DNA of 64,000 nucleotides from Candidatus Marinacidobacterales bacterium (GTDB taxonomy: Bacteria; Acidobacteriota; Vicinamibacteria; Marinacidobacterales; DATDRI01), in the NCBI GenBank assembly GCA_965226495.1, contig OZ245365.1, positions 2,752,001 through 2,816,000 of the forward strand. The letters are read 5' to 3'. The notes beneath the pieces are model-generated. The model saw only the letters and a program-made list of their open reading frames with translations, did not search any database and had not been told where the DNA came from. Positions 1 through 10,249 of this stretch are shown one piece after another. Numbering within the stretch: the stretch's first letter is position 1; each line of letters starts with the position of its first letter. The translations under genes and the position numbers were made by a program.

Positions 1-505
1 TGTCCATGACCTCGGAGATCATGAGCATCCCGTTCTCATCCGCCGCTTCCCGTAGGTACTTCAAACCCTCTTCCCCGAGGCCCTGAAAGCTATAAGGCGA
101 CGTCCGAGGCTTGAAGGCTCCCCCGCGGAGGAAGGTCGCTCCCATCTCCCGCACGCTCGCCGCGATCTCCCTGATCTGTTCGCGACTCTCGACCGCGCAC
201 GGGCCAGCCATTGCCACCACCTCCGAGCCGCCGATGCTCACGTCCCCGATGCGAACGACAGTGTCTTCGCGTTTAAAGGTTCGGCCAGCGAGCTTGTAAG
301 GCTCGCTAATCCGCACCACCTCCCGCACTCCCACCAGCACTTCGAGATCGCGAGGATCCGCCGCGGTTTTCGGAATGCCGACCGCCCCGATGACCGTTCG
401 GGTCTCACCCGTTGAGCGATGAATGTCGTAGCCCCATTCGGTCAGACGCTCGATCACTTCTTGGATCTCCGTCTCTTTGGCTGTGTGCTCCATTATGATG
501 ACCAT
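1..505 (-). CDS. aroF: DAHP synthase class I-beta with N-terminal regulatory domain (3' part runs off the window)
   Basis: Manual translation from ATG at 505: MVIIMEHTAKETEIQEVIERLTEWGYDIHRSTG...PYKLAGR...AGPCAVES...LRGGAFKPRTSPYSFQGLG; GGAGG upstream; missing from the ORF track because truncated. Confidence 0.92.
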   Translation of the reverse strand, partial: MVIIMEHTAKETEIQEVIERLTEWGYDIHRSTGETRTVIGAVGIPKTAADPRDLEVLVGVREVVRISEPYKLAGRTFKREDTVVRIGDVSIGGSEVVAMAGPCAVESREQIREIAASVREMGATFLRGGAFKPRTSPYSFQGLGEEGLKYLREAADENGMLMISEVMD

Positions 506-519
506 GCTCTTCCTACCTC

Positions 520-894
520 CTACTTTTTCACTGTTTTGCGACTGGGCTTTTTCTTTTTTCGGGCACCGGACGATGTCTTCCTCGGCTTGGCACTTTCCAG
601 CTTAGGGCCCTCACTGCAAACAACTCGCTCCGTGCTTCTCGACTCGTCGATGATGCGCTCGAAGAGGCGGCGAACCGACTCTTCGTTTAACGGCCCCTCG
701 TTCGCGTTCGTGACCCGCTTGAGGATCAGAACCTCGCGGCTCGGCACGTAGATCTCCATGTTGTTCGCCCGCTTAATCCAACCGATCTCGATCGAGCACT
801 TCGCCCGCTGGTTCAACAACACCAACAGTCGATCGTCGACGGCGTCGATCTTCCGGCGCCAGCCGTTGACCGCACTTTTTACTTTGCTTCCCAT
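520..894 (-). CDS. Chorismate mutase (AroQ type) with basic C-terminal tail
   Basis: RRKIDAVDDRLLVLLNQRA...PSREVLIL...LFERIIDESR pattern; adjacent to DAHP synthase. Confidence 0.88.
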   Translation of the reverse strand: MGSKVKSAVNGWRRKIDAVDDRLLVLLNQRAKCSIEIGWIKRANNMEIYVPSREVLILKRVTNANEGPLNEESVRRLFERIIDESRSTERVVCSEGPKLESAKPRKTSSGARKKKKPSRKTVKK

Positions 895-895
895 T

Positions 896-1522
896 TCAAC
901 GCCTTCGTCTCTTCAGCTCCTCGCCTACTGCGGCCGGGGACACCCCCGCTTGTTCCCACAGCACGAGCAGGTGATAAAGAAGATCGGCAGACTCCCGGCA
1001 AAGTTCGTCGGCGTCGTTGTTCTTCGCCGCGATGATCACTTCGGCGGCTTCTTCCCCCACCTTCTTCGCGATGCGGTCCACACCCCCATCGAAGAGGCGG
1101 GCAGTATACGAGCCCTTGGGCCGTGTTTGGTGTCGGTCGCGAATGAGCTCCGACAGCTCGCCTATCGTTTCAGAAAACACGGTTTCACCGGGATTGTCAG
1201 CATCGGACAGTAATGGAGTGAAGAAGCAACTGGTTTGCCCAGTGTGACACGCCGGCCCCTCTGGTTGGACACGCACGAGCAAACAGTCTTGATCGCAATC
1301 GGCTATCACTTCGACGACCTTCATCACGTGGCCCGACGTCGCTCCTTTTCGCCACAACTCGTTGCGGCTTCTTGACCAAAAGTGAACGGCACCGGTCTCG
1401 AGCGTCTTGTCGAGGCTCTCTTGGTTCATGAAGGCGACCATCAACACGCGGCCACTCGTCGCATTCTGAACCACGGCGGGTATGAGGCCCCGGTCATCGA
1501 ACTGGACGGTCTTTTTTGACAT
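896..1522 (-). CDS. hisIE: Bifunctional phosphoribosyl-AMP cyclohydrolase / phosphoribosyl-ATP pyrophosphatase
   Basis: WSRSRNELWRKGATSG, DCDQD, GPACHTG, KKVGEEAAE, ESADLLYH. Confidence 0.96.
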   Translation of the reverse strand: MSKKTVQFDDRGLIPAVVQNATSGRVLMVAFMNQESLDKTLETGAVHFWSRSRNELWRKGATSGHVMKVVEVIADCDQDCLLVRVQPEGPACHTGQTSCFFTPLLSDADNPGETVFSETIGELSELIRDRHQTRPKGSYTARLFDGGVDRIAKKVGEEAAEVIIAAKNNDADELCRESADLLYHLLVLWEQAGVSPAAVGEELKRRRR

Positions 1523-1529
1523 CGGCTGC

Positions 1530-2312
1530 TCAGTTCCTTAGAGATCTGGACGATTGGGTTAGGCGGACTGGAACTCCGCGCTCAGCCAAGAATTTTTTAG
1601 CCTCGCGGACGCGATAGGTCCCGAAGTGAAAGACGGAAGCGGCAAGGACCGCGCTAGCCCTGCCTTCGGTCAACGCCTCCTCGAGGTGTTCGAGCGTTCC
1701 GCAGCCTCCGGAGGCAATGACCGGAACGGAGACTCCTTCGGCGATGGCGCGCGTGAGCCCTATGTCATAGCCCTCCTGCGTGCCGTCACGATCCATGCTC
1801 GTCAACAGAATCTCTCCCGCCCCCAGTTCCTCCGCCCGTTTCGCCCAGTCAACGGCATCGATCCCGGTCGGCGTCCGGCCACCGTGAATGAACACTTCGA
1901 ATCCATCGTTTCTCCGTTTTGCATCGATGGCAAGCACTATGCATTGTTTCCCGAACCTCTGGGCGCCCTCGTTGAGTAGCTCAGGCTCTTTCACCGCCGC
2001 CGTATTGATGGCGACCTTATCCGCCCCCGCTTCCAGAATGGATTTCATGTCATCCACCGTTCGAATACCACCCCCCACGGTAAAGGGGATGGTCAGAGTG
2101 TCGGCGACCCGCTCCACCATGCGACGCTGGATGGCTCGCTTCTCGTGTGAGGCGGTGATGTCCAAGAAGACGAGCTCGTCTGCTTCTTCTTCGTCGTAAC
2201 GCGATCCCGCCTCCACGGGATCTCCAGCGTCCACGATATCAACAAAACGCACGCCCTTGACCACGCGTCCCTGGTCGACGTCCAAGCAAGGAATGATCCG
2301 CTTGGCCAACAT
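1530..2312 (-). CDS. hisF: Imidazole glycerol phosphate synthase cyclase subunit
   Basis: [32 protein letters not shown]; true start taken as ATG 2312. Confidence 0.97.
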   Translation of the reverse strand: MLAKRIIPCLDVDQGRVVKGVRFVDIVDAGDPVEAGSRYDEEEADELVFLDITASHEKRAIQRRMVERVADTLTIPFTVGGGIRTVDDMKSILEAGADKVAINTAAVKEPELLNEGAQRFGKQCIVLAIDAKRRNDGFEVFIHGGRTPTGIDAVDWAKRAEELGAGEILLTSMDRDGTQEGYDIGLTRAIAEGVSVPVIASGGCGTLEHLEEALTEGRASAVLAASVFHFGTYRVREAKKFLAERGVPVRLTQSSRSLRN

Positions 2313-2313
2313 C

Positions 2314-3045
2314 TCAACCCGAACCCGTTCCTGCGGCGATGGCGTCTGCGAGCGTAAAGACCTTGTCATAGAGCGCACGACCGACGATGACCGCTTCCAC
2401 GCCGTCTGTCCGTGCCGGCCCAAGGCGAAGAAGATCTTCCAGCGACCCGATTCCACCCGAAGCGATGACGCGCGCTCCGGTTTCCTTAGCGAAGTGCCTT
2501 ACGCCGTCGACGTTGGGCCCAGTGAGAACGCCGTCCCGTGAGATGTCGGTGTAGATGAAACGGCGAGCACCTTCTTCCACCCATCGCTTCCCGAGCTCGA
2601 CGGGTCCGAGCGCCGAATCCTGCTCCCAACCGCGAATCGATACTTTGCCTTTCCTCACGTCGACCCCGATAGCGACCGCGTGAGGAGCGATCGTGAGCGC
2701 CTGTTTCACGACCGAAGGACTCTCGACTGCCGCAGTGCCGAACACCACACGCGTCGCTCCCGCTTTCATCAGCCACTCGAAGTCCGCTATGTCCCGAACT
2801 CCACCTCCAACCTGTACGGGGGTTTGGACCGCGCCGAGTATTTCTCGAATGGCGGAGCGATTCCCTCCCGGGCCATCGAATGCGGCATCGAGATCGACGA
2901 TGTGGAGGAGCTCCGCTCCTTGAGCCTGCCAAGCCAGGGCGACTTCCGTTGGATCGTCACCGTACACAGTTTCGGTTCCGCGCTCGCCCCGCACCAGCCG
3001 TACGCAGCGTCCCCCTTCGATGTCGATCGCCGGAATGATGGTCAT
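2314..3045 (-). CDS. hisA: ProFAR isomerase
   Basis: [38 protein letters not shown]; start could be upstream at 3081. Confidence 0.95.
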   Translation of the reverse strand: MTIIPAIDIEGGRCVRLVRGERGTETVYGDDPTEVALAWQAQGAELLHIVDLDAAFDGPGGNRSAIREILGAVQTPVQVGGGVRDIADFEWLMKAGATRVVFGTAAVESPSVVKQALTIAPHAVAIGVDVRKGKVSIRGWEQDSALGPVELGKRWVEEGARRFIYTDISRDGVLTGPNVDGVRHFAKETGARVIASGGIGSLEDLLRLGPARTDGVEAVIVGRALYDKVFTLADAIAAGTGSG

Positions 3046-3077
3046 CGCGTCACCAGGTGTCGCCACTTGCCATGATT

Positions 3078-3689
3078 TCAAAGCGCCCGCCAGTAATTCG
3101 TCAGCACTCTTAGCCCAAGCTGCTGACTCTTCTCGGGATGGAACTGGATCCCTGCCACTCGATCTCTACTGGCCACCGAACAAAACGATACTTCGTAGTC
3201 GGTCTTCGCCTTGACCGCATCGCCTCCGTCTGGCTCAACGTAGTACGAGTGCAGGAAGTAAAAATAGTCGCCGGTCTCGACTCCCTCGAGAAGTGGGGCC
3301 GCCCCGTGGAGCTCGAGCTGGTTCCAACCAATATGGGGGACGGGACGTTGGGTCGAGAAGCGACGGACCTGTCCGGGAAGCAGGCCGAGCCCCGACACGC
3401 CGGGGGCTTCCTCGCTGCCGTCGAAAAGCAATTGGAACCCGACACAGATGCCTAGGAGTGTCGCGCCCTCCTCGAGGGCTTCCCTCAGGGGAGCCTCGAG
3501 TCCTCGGTCTCGAAGGTTTCGCATCGCCTCTCCGAAGTGTCCGACCCCGGGGAGGACCAGTTGCTTGGCGAGGCGGATCTCCTCGCGATCGGCGGAGAGC
3601 TTGCTCGGTGCACCGATGCGCTCAAAGGCACGCGCGACGCTCCCCAAATTACCGACGCCGTAGTCGACGACGATCAGATTCTCCGGCAT
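3078..3689 (-). CDS. hisH: Imidazole glycerol phosphate synthase glutaminase subunit
   Basis: DYGVGN, LPGVG, GICVG, VPHIGWN, QFHPEKS. Confidence 0.97.
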   Translation of the reverse strand: MPENLIVVDYGVGNLGSVARAFERIGAPSKLSADREEIRLAKQLVLPGVGHFGEAMRNLRDRGLEAPLREALEEGATLLGICVGFQLLFDGSEEAPGVSGLGLLPGQVRRFSTQRPVPHIGWNQLELHGAAPLLEGVETGDYFYFLHSYYVEPDGGDAVKAKTDYEVSFCSVASRDRVAGIQFHPEKSQQLGLRVLTNYWRAL

Positions 3690-3702
3690 GTGCTAGTCCC
3701 TG

Positions 3703-4293
3703 CTAATCTTGGAGTGTTCCTTTGGTCGACGGAACCGAGGAGCCTCCCGTTCGGCGGACCGCTTCGCGAAGTGACCGAGCGAAACCCTTGAAGACGGTTT
3801 CTATGATGTGGTGGTTGTTGTCCCCGTGAAGCGATTCGACGTGGAGAGTCAATCGAGCGCGCTCGGACAAAGCCCGAAAAAAATCCTGGAAGAGCTCGGT
3901 TGGAAAGTCTCCCACCCGATCAGAAGTGAAACGCACTCTCCAGCTCAGGTAGGGACGGCCCGAAAGATCCACCACGACTCGGGCGAGCGCCTCGTCAAGA
4001 GGAACGAATGCGGATCCAAAACGGTTGACTCCCGTTTTGTCACCGAGCGCTTCCTCCAAGCAATCACCGAGGACCAGCCCAACATCTTCCACCGTATGGT
4101 GGAAGTCCACGCGCAGATCGCCTTTCGCTTGCACTGACAGATCGAGGCTTCCGTGGTGAGCCAGCAGCTCCAGCATGTGATCGAGAAAACCGATCCCGGT
4201 ATCCACATCGGCCTTGCCGCTACCGTCCACGGTCAGCTGAACTGCGACCTGGGTCTCTTTGGTCGAGCGTTTCTTCTGGGCGGTTCGATTCAT
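3703..4293 (-). CDS. hisB: Imidazoleglycerol-phosphate dehydratase
   Basis: TGIGFLDHML, DFHHTVED, GDNNHHIIE, VPSTKG. Confidence 0.97.
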   Translation of the reverse strand: MNRTAQKKRSTKETQVAVQLTVDGSGKADVDTGIGFLDHMLELLAHHGSLDLSVQAKGDLRVDFHHTVEDVGLVLGDCLEEALGDKTGVNRFGSAFVPLDEALARVVVDLSGRPYLSWRVRFTSDRVGDFPTELFQDFFRALSERARLTLHVESLHGDNNHHIIETVFKGFARSLREAVRRTGGSSVPSTKGTLQD

Positions 4294-5396
4294 CGAAGCT
4301 CCTCCACCGTTTCGCAAAGAGCGTTTAGGAATTTTTGGTTCTCATCGGGCCGACCCACTGTCACCCTGAGCGCCCGGCTCAGGCTTGGGCTTGGGCTCGA
4401 GCTCAAGTTACGAACCAAGACGCCTCGGGCCAGCAAACCGTCGAACACCCGTGTCGCGCCGGCGTCGCAATCGAATAAGATGAAGTTGGCCTCCGACGGA
4501 TAGGGGTGAACGCCGTCCAGGTCGCCCAGCTTGCTATAGAGCGCATCCCTTTCTTCCACGATCACCTTGGCTTGCTTCCGGATGAGTCCGTAATGATCAC
4601 AGACCGCGAGGGCCACGGCGCGTGAGAAACCGTTCAGCGCATACGGCAGTTGTGCTTTCTCGACCTCTTCCGCGAGCTCCGGCGCCGCGAGCAAGTAGCC
4701 AATCCGGAGGCCCGCCAGTCCCATGGCCTTAGAAAAGGTGCGCGACAAGACCATGTGCGGATACCGGGGCAGCAGCTCCCTCGCGGCCGAGCCGCCGAAC
4801 TCGAAGTACGCCTCGTCCACGACCAAGATGCCTAAACATTCCTTGGCGATTCGCTCGATTTCCACTGTGCTGAGTGAGGAACCGGTGGGATTGTTGGGAG
4901 AGCACAAGAACACTAGTGAAGGCTTCGTCTCTCTCATCGCCCGGAGGAAAGCGTCAACGTCGTAGGTGTGATCCGCCCTCAAAGGAACTTCGACCATATC
5001 CGCACCCAGCATTCGACTGACGTAGCTGTACACGATGAAGGACGGAGTCGGGAAGACAACGCTTCGACCCCGCTCGAGCGTCGAGAGGGCTAGCATATGG
5101 AGTAGCTCGTTCGATCCATTCCCCACCAATACTCCATCGACCGGCCAGTCATTGAGCTTGCCCAGGGCGCTTTTGAGGTCGGCCGCTTGTACGGGTGGGT
5201 ATCGGTTGAGAGCTAGTCGAGATAGCGCGTCTCGAATGGCTCTTCCGATCGCCTCCGGCGGCTCATAGCTGTTTTCGTTCTGGTCGAGCTTGACCAATGC
5301 CGCGTGTGGCTCGAGTCGGTAGGCCCGGATCGATCGGACCTCGGGTCGCAAACGGCCCAGAAGCGGTCCCGCCAGATCTTTTTCGCCGCTTATCAT
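4290..5396 (-). CDS. hisC: Histidinol-phosphate aminotransferase
   Basis: KLDQNEN, GNGSNE, SPNNPTG, DEAY, RTFSKAMGLAGLRIG. Confidence 0.96.
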   Translation of the reverse strand: MISGEKDLAGPLLGRLRPEVRSIRAYRLEPHAALVKLDQNENSYEPPEAIGRAIRDALSRLALNRYPPVQAADLKSALGKLNDWPVDGVLVGNGSNELLHMLALSTLERGRSVVFPTPSFIVYSYVSRMLGADMVEVPLRADHTYDVDAFLRAMRETKPSLVFLCSPNNPTGSSLSTVEIERIAKECLGILVVDEAYFEFGGSAARELLPRYPHMVLSRTFSKAMGLAGLRIGYLLAAPELAEEVEKAQLPYALNGFSRAVALAVCDHYGLIRKQAKVIVEERDALYSKLGDLDGVHPYPSEANFILFDCDAGATRVFDGLLARGVLVRNLSSSPSPSLSRALRVTVGRPDENQKFLNALCETVEELR

Positions 5397-6685
5397 TCGG
5401 AGAACCTCGTGGCGATCGATCGAGCGTGGGCCTCGAACCCCTCAGCGCGAGCAAAGGCTTCGATGTCGTTTCGGTCACGCGACAATTTCTCGCGACTATA
5501 ACGAATCAGACTCGATCGCTTGATGAAATCATAGACACCCAGCGGCGACGCGAACCGCGCCGTACCCCCGGTCGGTAGAACATGGTTTGGACCCGCGTAG
5601 AAGTCACCAACCGGGACCGGCGAGCTCGCCCCGATGAAGATGGCTCCTGCGTTTTTGACGCGTTGCGCTAGCGCTTCTGCGCCGTCGGCCATAATCTCGA
5701 GGTGCTCAGGGGCCAATTTGTCGACCAAACCCAATCCCTGTTCCAGATCGGCAACCAATACCGCGGCCCCGTGTTTCTCGAGCACGGTGCGGATCATCGC
5801 AGCGCGAGGGAGGTCTTCCATCTGCTTGGTCATCTCGTCTCTCACGGCGTCGATCAGCTCGCGGGACGTGGTGACCAGAATGGCTCGCTCGTCTCCCGAA
5901 CCGTGCTCGGCCTGAGAAAGTAGATCGGCGGCGACGTAGCTTGGATCGGCCCCGCTGTCCGCAAGAACGATGATCTCGCTCGGTCCGGCGAGAGAATCGA
6001 TTCCTACCACGCCGTAGAGGAGCCTTTTCGCGGTCGTGACGTAGGCATTGCCGGGCCCGACGATCTTATCCACGCGCGGGACCGACGACGTGCCGTAGGC
6101 CATGGCGGCCACAGCCTGTGCGCCACCGATGCGAAACACCTCGTTCAGTCCAAGATATTCGATCGCTGCGGCAAGCGCAGGTGAACGCTCGATCGTACCT
6201 GGCGGCGTGCAGACGATGATTCTTCGCACACCGGCGATCTGCGCTGGTACCGTATTCATAATGAGAGTCGAGGGGTAGACCGCCTCCCCTCCCGGCACGT
6301 AAACGCCGACCGTATCGAGGGCACCGATCTTTTGCCCCAGGAGGCTGCCGTCTTCGAGCTCGACGCTCCAGCTCGCTTCCTTTTGCCGCTCGTGGAAGCT
6401 ACGGATGTTCTTCGCGGCATTTGCCAATACCGACCGAATCCCATCAGTAGCCTTGGCAGCTTCGGCGGAGATCTGCCGCGCATCCACTCGCAGTTCGGTT
6501 GGGGTCAAGCGAGCGCCGTCCAGCCGCTCGGCAAGCTCGACCAGCGCGTCATCCCCCTCGGATCGTACGAGTCGTATGATCTCTTCGACACGTGTGAGAA
6601 CCTCAGGGGACGCCACGCCCGCAACCGAGAGGTCGTCTCCACGTTCGGCGAGGAAGGCGTCCTGATTCTCGAACACCCGAATCAT
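5393..6685 (-). CDS. hisD: Histidinol dehydrogenase
   Basis: GVYVPGG, GPGNAYV, AGPSE, DLLSQAEH, APEHL, GPNHVLPT. Confidence 0.97.
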   Translation of the reverse strand: MIRVFENQDAFLAERGDDLSVAGVASPEVLTRVEEIIRLVRSEGDDALVELAERLDGARLTPTELRVDARQISAEAAKATDGIRSVLANAAKNIRSFHERQKEASWSVELEDGSLLGQKIGALDTVGVYVPGGEAVYPSTLIMNTVPAQIAGVRRIIVCTPPGTIERSPALAAAIEYLGLNEVFRIGGAQAVAAMAYGTSSVPRVDKIVGPGNAYVTTAKRLLYGVVGIDSLAGPSEIIVLADSGADPSYVAADLLSQAEHGSGDERAILVTTSRELIDAVRDEMTKQMEDLPRAAMIRTVLEKHGAAVLVADLEQGLGLVDKLAPEHLEIMADGAEALAQRVKNAGAIFIGASSPVPVGDFYAGPNHVLPTGGTARFASPLGVYDFIKRSSLIRYSREKLSRDRNDIEAFARAEGFEAHARSIATRFSE

Positions 6686-7320
6686 TACTCCACCTCGCTG
6701 GCCAAAGACGAAACGAATTCTCCCAAGACCCGCCCCTTGAGCCGAAAGCTGGCCCGATTGATGATGAGCCTCGCCGTGCTCTCGAAGAGCACTTCATCGA
6801 TCTCCAGTCCGTTGGCCGCCATGGTCTTCCCGGTTTGTACGAGGTCGACGATGCAGTCCGCCAATCCCAAAACCGGGGCGAGCTCGACCGAGCCGGAAAG
6901 GATAATCACTTCTACCGGAATTCCTTGACCATGGAAGTAGCGAGAAGCGACTTCGGGATACTTCGTCGCGACTCTCACCAACGGTAGATCCCGGTAGCCC
7001 CCGGGTCGCTGATTCTGGTGACGCGCCACGACCATCTGACAACGACCAATTCTCAGGTCGAGCGGCTGATAAACATCCGGGTTGGTCTCGGCCAACACAT
7101 CGTTCCCGACGATGCCGGCATCGACCACACCGTGCTCGACGTAAGTCGGAACGTCGCGATCCTTGACGAGCACCGACGACTGATCCCGTCCGTTTGAAAC
7201 GTGTAACTTCCTGGCCTCCCGCACGTCGTCCGGAAGTGCGAAGCCAGAGCGCGTAAGAAGCTCGACGGTTTCGTCAAAGATCCTGCCGGTGGGAAGCGCG
7301 AGGCGTATTGCGGTCGTCAA
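6685..7320 (-). CDS. hisG: ATP phosphoribosyltransferase, short form
   Basis: DVPTYVEHG, VATKYP, GSVELAP, DLVQTGKT; 211 aa, paired with hisZ. Confidence 0.96.
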   Translation of the reverse strand: MTTAIRLALPTGRIFDETVELLTRSGFALPDDVREARKLHVSNGRDQSSVLVKDRDVPTYVEHGVVDAGIVGNDVLAETNPDVYQPLDLRIGRCQMVVARHQNQRPGGYRDLPLVRVATKYPEVASRYFHGQGIPVEVIILSGSVELAPVLGLADCIVDLVQTGKTMAANGLEIDEVLFESTARLIINRASFRLKGRVLGEFVSSLASEVE

Positions 7321-8396
7321 CCTAACCTCACCTTCTCTCCCTTTTGTCTGAGTTCCATCGCTTCCCCGAGGGCTCGCGCTGGTTCTTTCTCGAGCGTGAT
7401 GGTCCTCGGTGTTTGTTCGGGCGAAAGTCTTTCTTCGTCGACCTTGTGCGCCAGGCGATCGAGAGACAGGGAAAAGCCAACCGCTGGATGCGCTACACCG
7501 AACTTCGTCAGGAGGGAGTCGTAACGACCGCCTCCTCCGAGCTCCAGTCCAGTGCCCGGGGCATGGAGCTCGAAAATCATTCCCGTGTAGTAATCAAAAT
7601 CTCGAACCTCGCCGAGATCAAATTGGATCCGCTCTCCGAAGCCAAGAGTGTACAGCTCCTTGGAGATGGCCTCGAGCCGCTCCAAAGCGGCTTGGCTCTC
7701 CGGCCGAGTGGCAACGGACTGTGCGCGTTCGAGGATCTCGGGTCCGCCGAACAGACGCATCGCTTCTAAGACCGCGGCCGGCACCTCTTTTCCCAGAACG
7801 CTACCGGCGCGATCGGCGTTTCGAGCTCGCATGGCCTCTAGGAGCTCCGGCTGAAGGTCGGGTGGCACCTCCGAATCCTCGAGCACACCGACCAAGAAGC
7901 CTGCATGCCCGAGCGTCAGAACGGCGTCGTTCACACCCAGTCGCCCCAGCGCCTCGAAGGCCACGAGCAGCACTTCCAAATCGGCGGCCAATCCATTGCC
8001 GATGTGCTCTAGACCGATTTGGAAGAGCTCCTTTTGCTGTCCCGCCTTGGGAGGTTGGTACCTGAGGACTTCGCCACTGTAGAAGAGTCGCAATGGCAAG
8101 GAACGGTCTTGCATCCGAGATGCAACGACTTTGGCCACCAGTGCCGTGAAATCGGGCCGGAGCGCCAACAACTCCCCTTCCCGCCCGATGAAACGGTAAA
8201 TGTGCTCGGCGAAACTCGGCCCCCCGGCGCGAGCAAAGACTTCGTAGTAATCGAAGAGCGGAACGATCACCTCTTCGTACGACCAGCCGGAAAAAACGTC
8301 ACCTACCACCCGCTCCACTTGCTTGCGAAGCCGCGCCTCACGCCCGTAGAAGCACTGCACTCCTGAGGGTATTTGTAAATTTGAACGCTGATTCAT
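7317..8396 (-). CDS. hisZ: ATP phosphoribosyltransferase regulatory subunit
   Basis: HisRS-like LALRPDFT, FQIGLE, FDYYTG, GGGRYD; directly upstream of short hisG. Confidence 0.93.
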   Translation of the reverse strand: MNQRSNLQIPSGVQCFYGREARLRKQVERVVGDVFSGWSYEEVIVPLFDYYEVFARAGGPSFAEHIYRFIGREGELLALRPDFTALVAKVVASRMQDRSLPLRLFYSGEVLRYQPPKAGQQKELFQIGLEHIGNGLAADLEVLLVAFEALGRLGVNDAVLTLGHAGFLVGVLEDSEVPPDLQPELLEAMRARNADRAGSVLGKEVPAAVLEAMRLFGGPEILERAQSVATRPESQAALERLEAISKELYTLGFGERIQFDLGEVRDFDYYTGMIFELHAPGTGLELGGGGRYDSLLTKFGVAHPAVGFSLSLDRLAHKVDEERLSPEQTPRTITLEKEPARALGEAMELRQKGEKVRLG

Positions 8397-8446
8397 ATTG
8401 CCTGCCGCATTAGCATATGGCCTTATTGGGGGTCAGATCCGGCGTC

Positions 8447-9922
8447 TCATCTCTTTTTCCGCCGGTGCATCTCGGCGCGGGCCGCGCCCTCCATCACGTC
8501 CGCGTTTCCCGCGCTTCCAGTCCATAGGTCCGACTGCCGCACCGCCTGCGCCACCAGCATCTCGAGACCTGGCACCGCGAAAGCCTTTCTCTCTCGGGCC
8601 AACTCGAGGATCTCGGTTTTCTCCGGGTGGTAGATCATATCCAGAACGAGAGCTCCGGGCCGGAACGCCTCCACCTGCTCCACGGAGCCGGCGTCGACGA
8701 GTCCTTCGTGCAAGGGAGTGGCGTTGACCAAGATATCCCATCGGTGAGCGGCAAGGTCGCCGATGTCGCCCGCATCCCCTCCCGCGAGTTCGGCGACGGC
8801 TCGCGCTCGCTCCAACCTACGCGCGAGAACGACGACCGCAGCACCCGCCTGTCCTAATCCAACCGCGGCGGCGCGCGCCGCGCCACCCGCGCCAAGAATT
8901 ACCGCGCGCTTACCCTCGATACCTAGACGACGTGACACCGGACCCACGACCCCATCCACGTCCGTGTTGAACCCGCACCACCGTCCGTCTCGAGCTACGA
9001 CGGTGTTGACCGCTCCCACTTGTTGAGCGGGCCCATCGATGTCATCTAGAAACGGCAGGATAGATTCCTTGAACGGCCGGGTCACCGAAAAGCCTGCGAC
9101 ACCAATCTCCTTGGCTGCCGGAACGAAGGAAGCCAGGCCCTCTTCTTCGAACGGAACGTAGACCGCATTCAATCCCTTGTGGACGAACACGGCGTTGTGC
9201 ATCGCCGGAGAGAGGCTACCGAGCGCCGGCCGCCCGAGAATCCCGTAAATCCTCGTCGCGTCGTCGACAACCCGAAAGCGATACGTGCCCAAGAGCTGAT
9301 CGAGATCGAGCTGCCCTGGTCCCGTGGCAGGCAACCCTCGGGCTGCGGCATAAGTGAGGTCAGCGCCAAACCGCTGTGCTAGCACGCGGCCCGCCGTACC
9401 GGCGGGTCCCATTGGGATCGGAGCGAATCCAACGCCACGATCTCGAGCGAGCCGACCCGCCTCACCGAGCCGAACCACATCGGCAAGAGAGTCTGCCCGC
9501 GCCGCAACCTTGACGATATCGGCACCCGCTGTCGTGGCCCGCTCCACGATCTCCGACAAATCGTCCGGGATACGATCGAATTTGTGGTGGGACAGAATCA
9601 GCCGCGAAGACGTTTTAACCGTGCGAAGCTCGTCGGAGAAGGAATCCAATTCGATGTCGACGAAGTCGAACCCGAGAACCAAGGCTCGTCGGAGAATCTC
9701 GAGGCGCTCGGACTCCGAACCCTCAAACACTCCTCCTTCTCTCTGCATTCGGCAGGTAAGGATGAGAGGCTTGGTGCCCGCTTTCCGGAGTCGCTCCAAA
9801 TCGAGGTCTCTGAGTCCGTCAACGCGGAGCTCCACGAGGTCGGCACCCTCGCACGCGTCGCCGGCCGCCCGGACCATCGCCTCGGTGGAAGGCGCCATCA
9901 CCGCGGCGACCACACGAGTCAC
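8447..9922 (-). CDS. aroE: Type I 3-dehydroquinate dehydratase / shikimate dehydrogenase fusion (AroD-AroE)
   Basis: N-half ADLVELRVD, ILTCR, LSHH, DIVK; C-half SLSPAMHN, SVTRPFK, GAVNT, NTD, GAGGAA; GTG 9922 after GGGAGGG. Confidence 0.92.
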   Translation of the reverse strand: MTRVVAAVMAPSTEAMVRAAGDACEGADLVELRVDGLRDLDLERLRKAGTKPLILTCRMQREGGVFEGSESERLEILRRALVLGFDFVDIELDSFSDELRTVKTSSRLILSHHKFDRIPDDLSEIVERATTAGADIVKVAARADSLADVVRLGEAGRLARDRGVGFAPIPMGPAGTAGRVLAQRFGADLTYAAARGLPATGPGQLDLDQLLGTYRFRVVDDATRIYGILGRPALGSLSPAMHNAVFVHKGLNAVYVPFEEEGLASFVPAAKEIGVAGFSVTRPFKESILPFLDDIDGPAQQVGAVNTVVARDGRWCGFNTDVDGVVGPVSRRLGIEGKRAVILGAGGAARAAAVGLGQAGAAVVVLARRLERARAVAELAGGDAGDIGDLAAHRWDILVNATPLHEGLVDAGSVEQVEAFRPGALVLDMIYHPEKTEILELARERKAFAVPGLEMLVAQAVRQSDLWTGSAGNADVMEGAARAEMHRRKKR

Positions 9923-9965
9923 TACCCTCCCTGCATTGGGATCGACGGTTGTTTTCCTCTTGTCC

Positions 9966-9997
9966 AAAAAAAAACCTCTTCAGGAAACCTGAAGAGG
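9966..9997 (-). terminator. Intrinsic terminator in the operon leader (attenuator)
   Basis: Minus strand CCTCTTCAGG-TTT-CCTGAAGAGG-T9, 44 nt before the first gene. Confidence 0.88.
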
Positions 9998-10071
9998 AAA
10001 ACACCGTCCGGCATCTTACATCCCCAGGCTCCCTATGCTGTGGCTAGCGTCGCCGCCGGCCAGGTGCCCAG

Positions 10072-10230
10072 CTAGGCCCCGTAATGGTACCGATGGTACG
10101 TAAGATGCCCGAAATTACCGTGTTGCCCCGTGTTCGATGCCAGGCATGACACGGCCACGCAAATACGAGCCCCGAGACACGGGGACGCCTCCAACCGCAA
10201 CATCAATAGGATCGTCACTCGTAGGCTCAT
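10072..10230 (-). CDS. Putative attenuator leader peptide, 52 aa, His/Tyr-rich C-terminus
   Basis: MSLRVTILLMLRLEASPCLGARICVAVSCLASNTGQHGNFGHLTYHRYHYGA*, located between promoter and terminator. Confidence 0.65.
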   Translation of the reverse strand: MSLRVTILLMLRLEASPCLGARICVAVSCLASNTGQHGNFGHLTYHRYHYGA

Positions 10231-10249
10231 GCTTACCCTTGCGCCTCAA

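Noticed and set aside
10000-10240. T-box riboswitch as the leader mechanism
   Set aside because: No GGTGG.ACC T-box motif before the terminator; a leader-peptide model fits better
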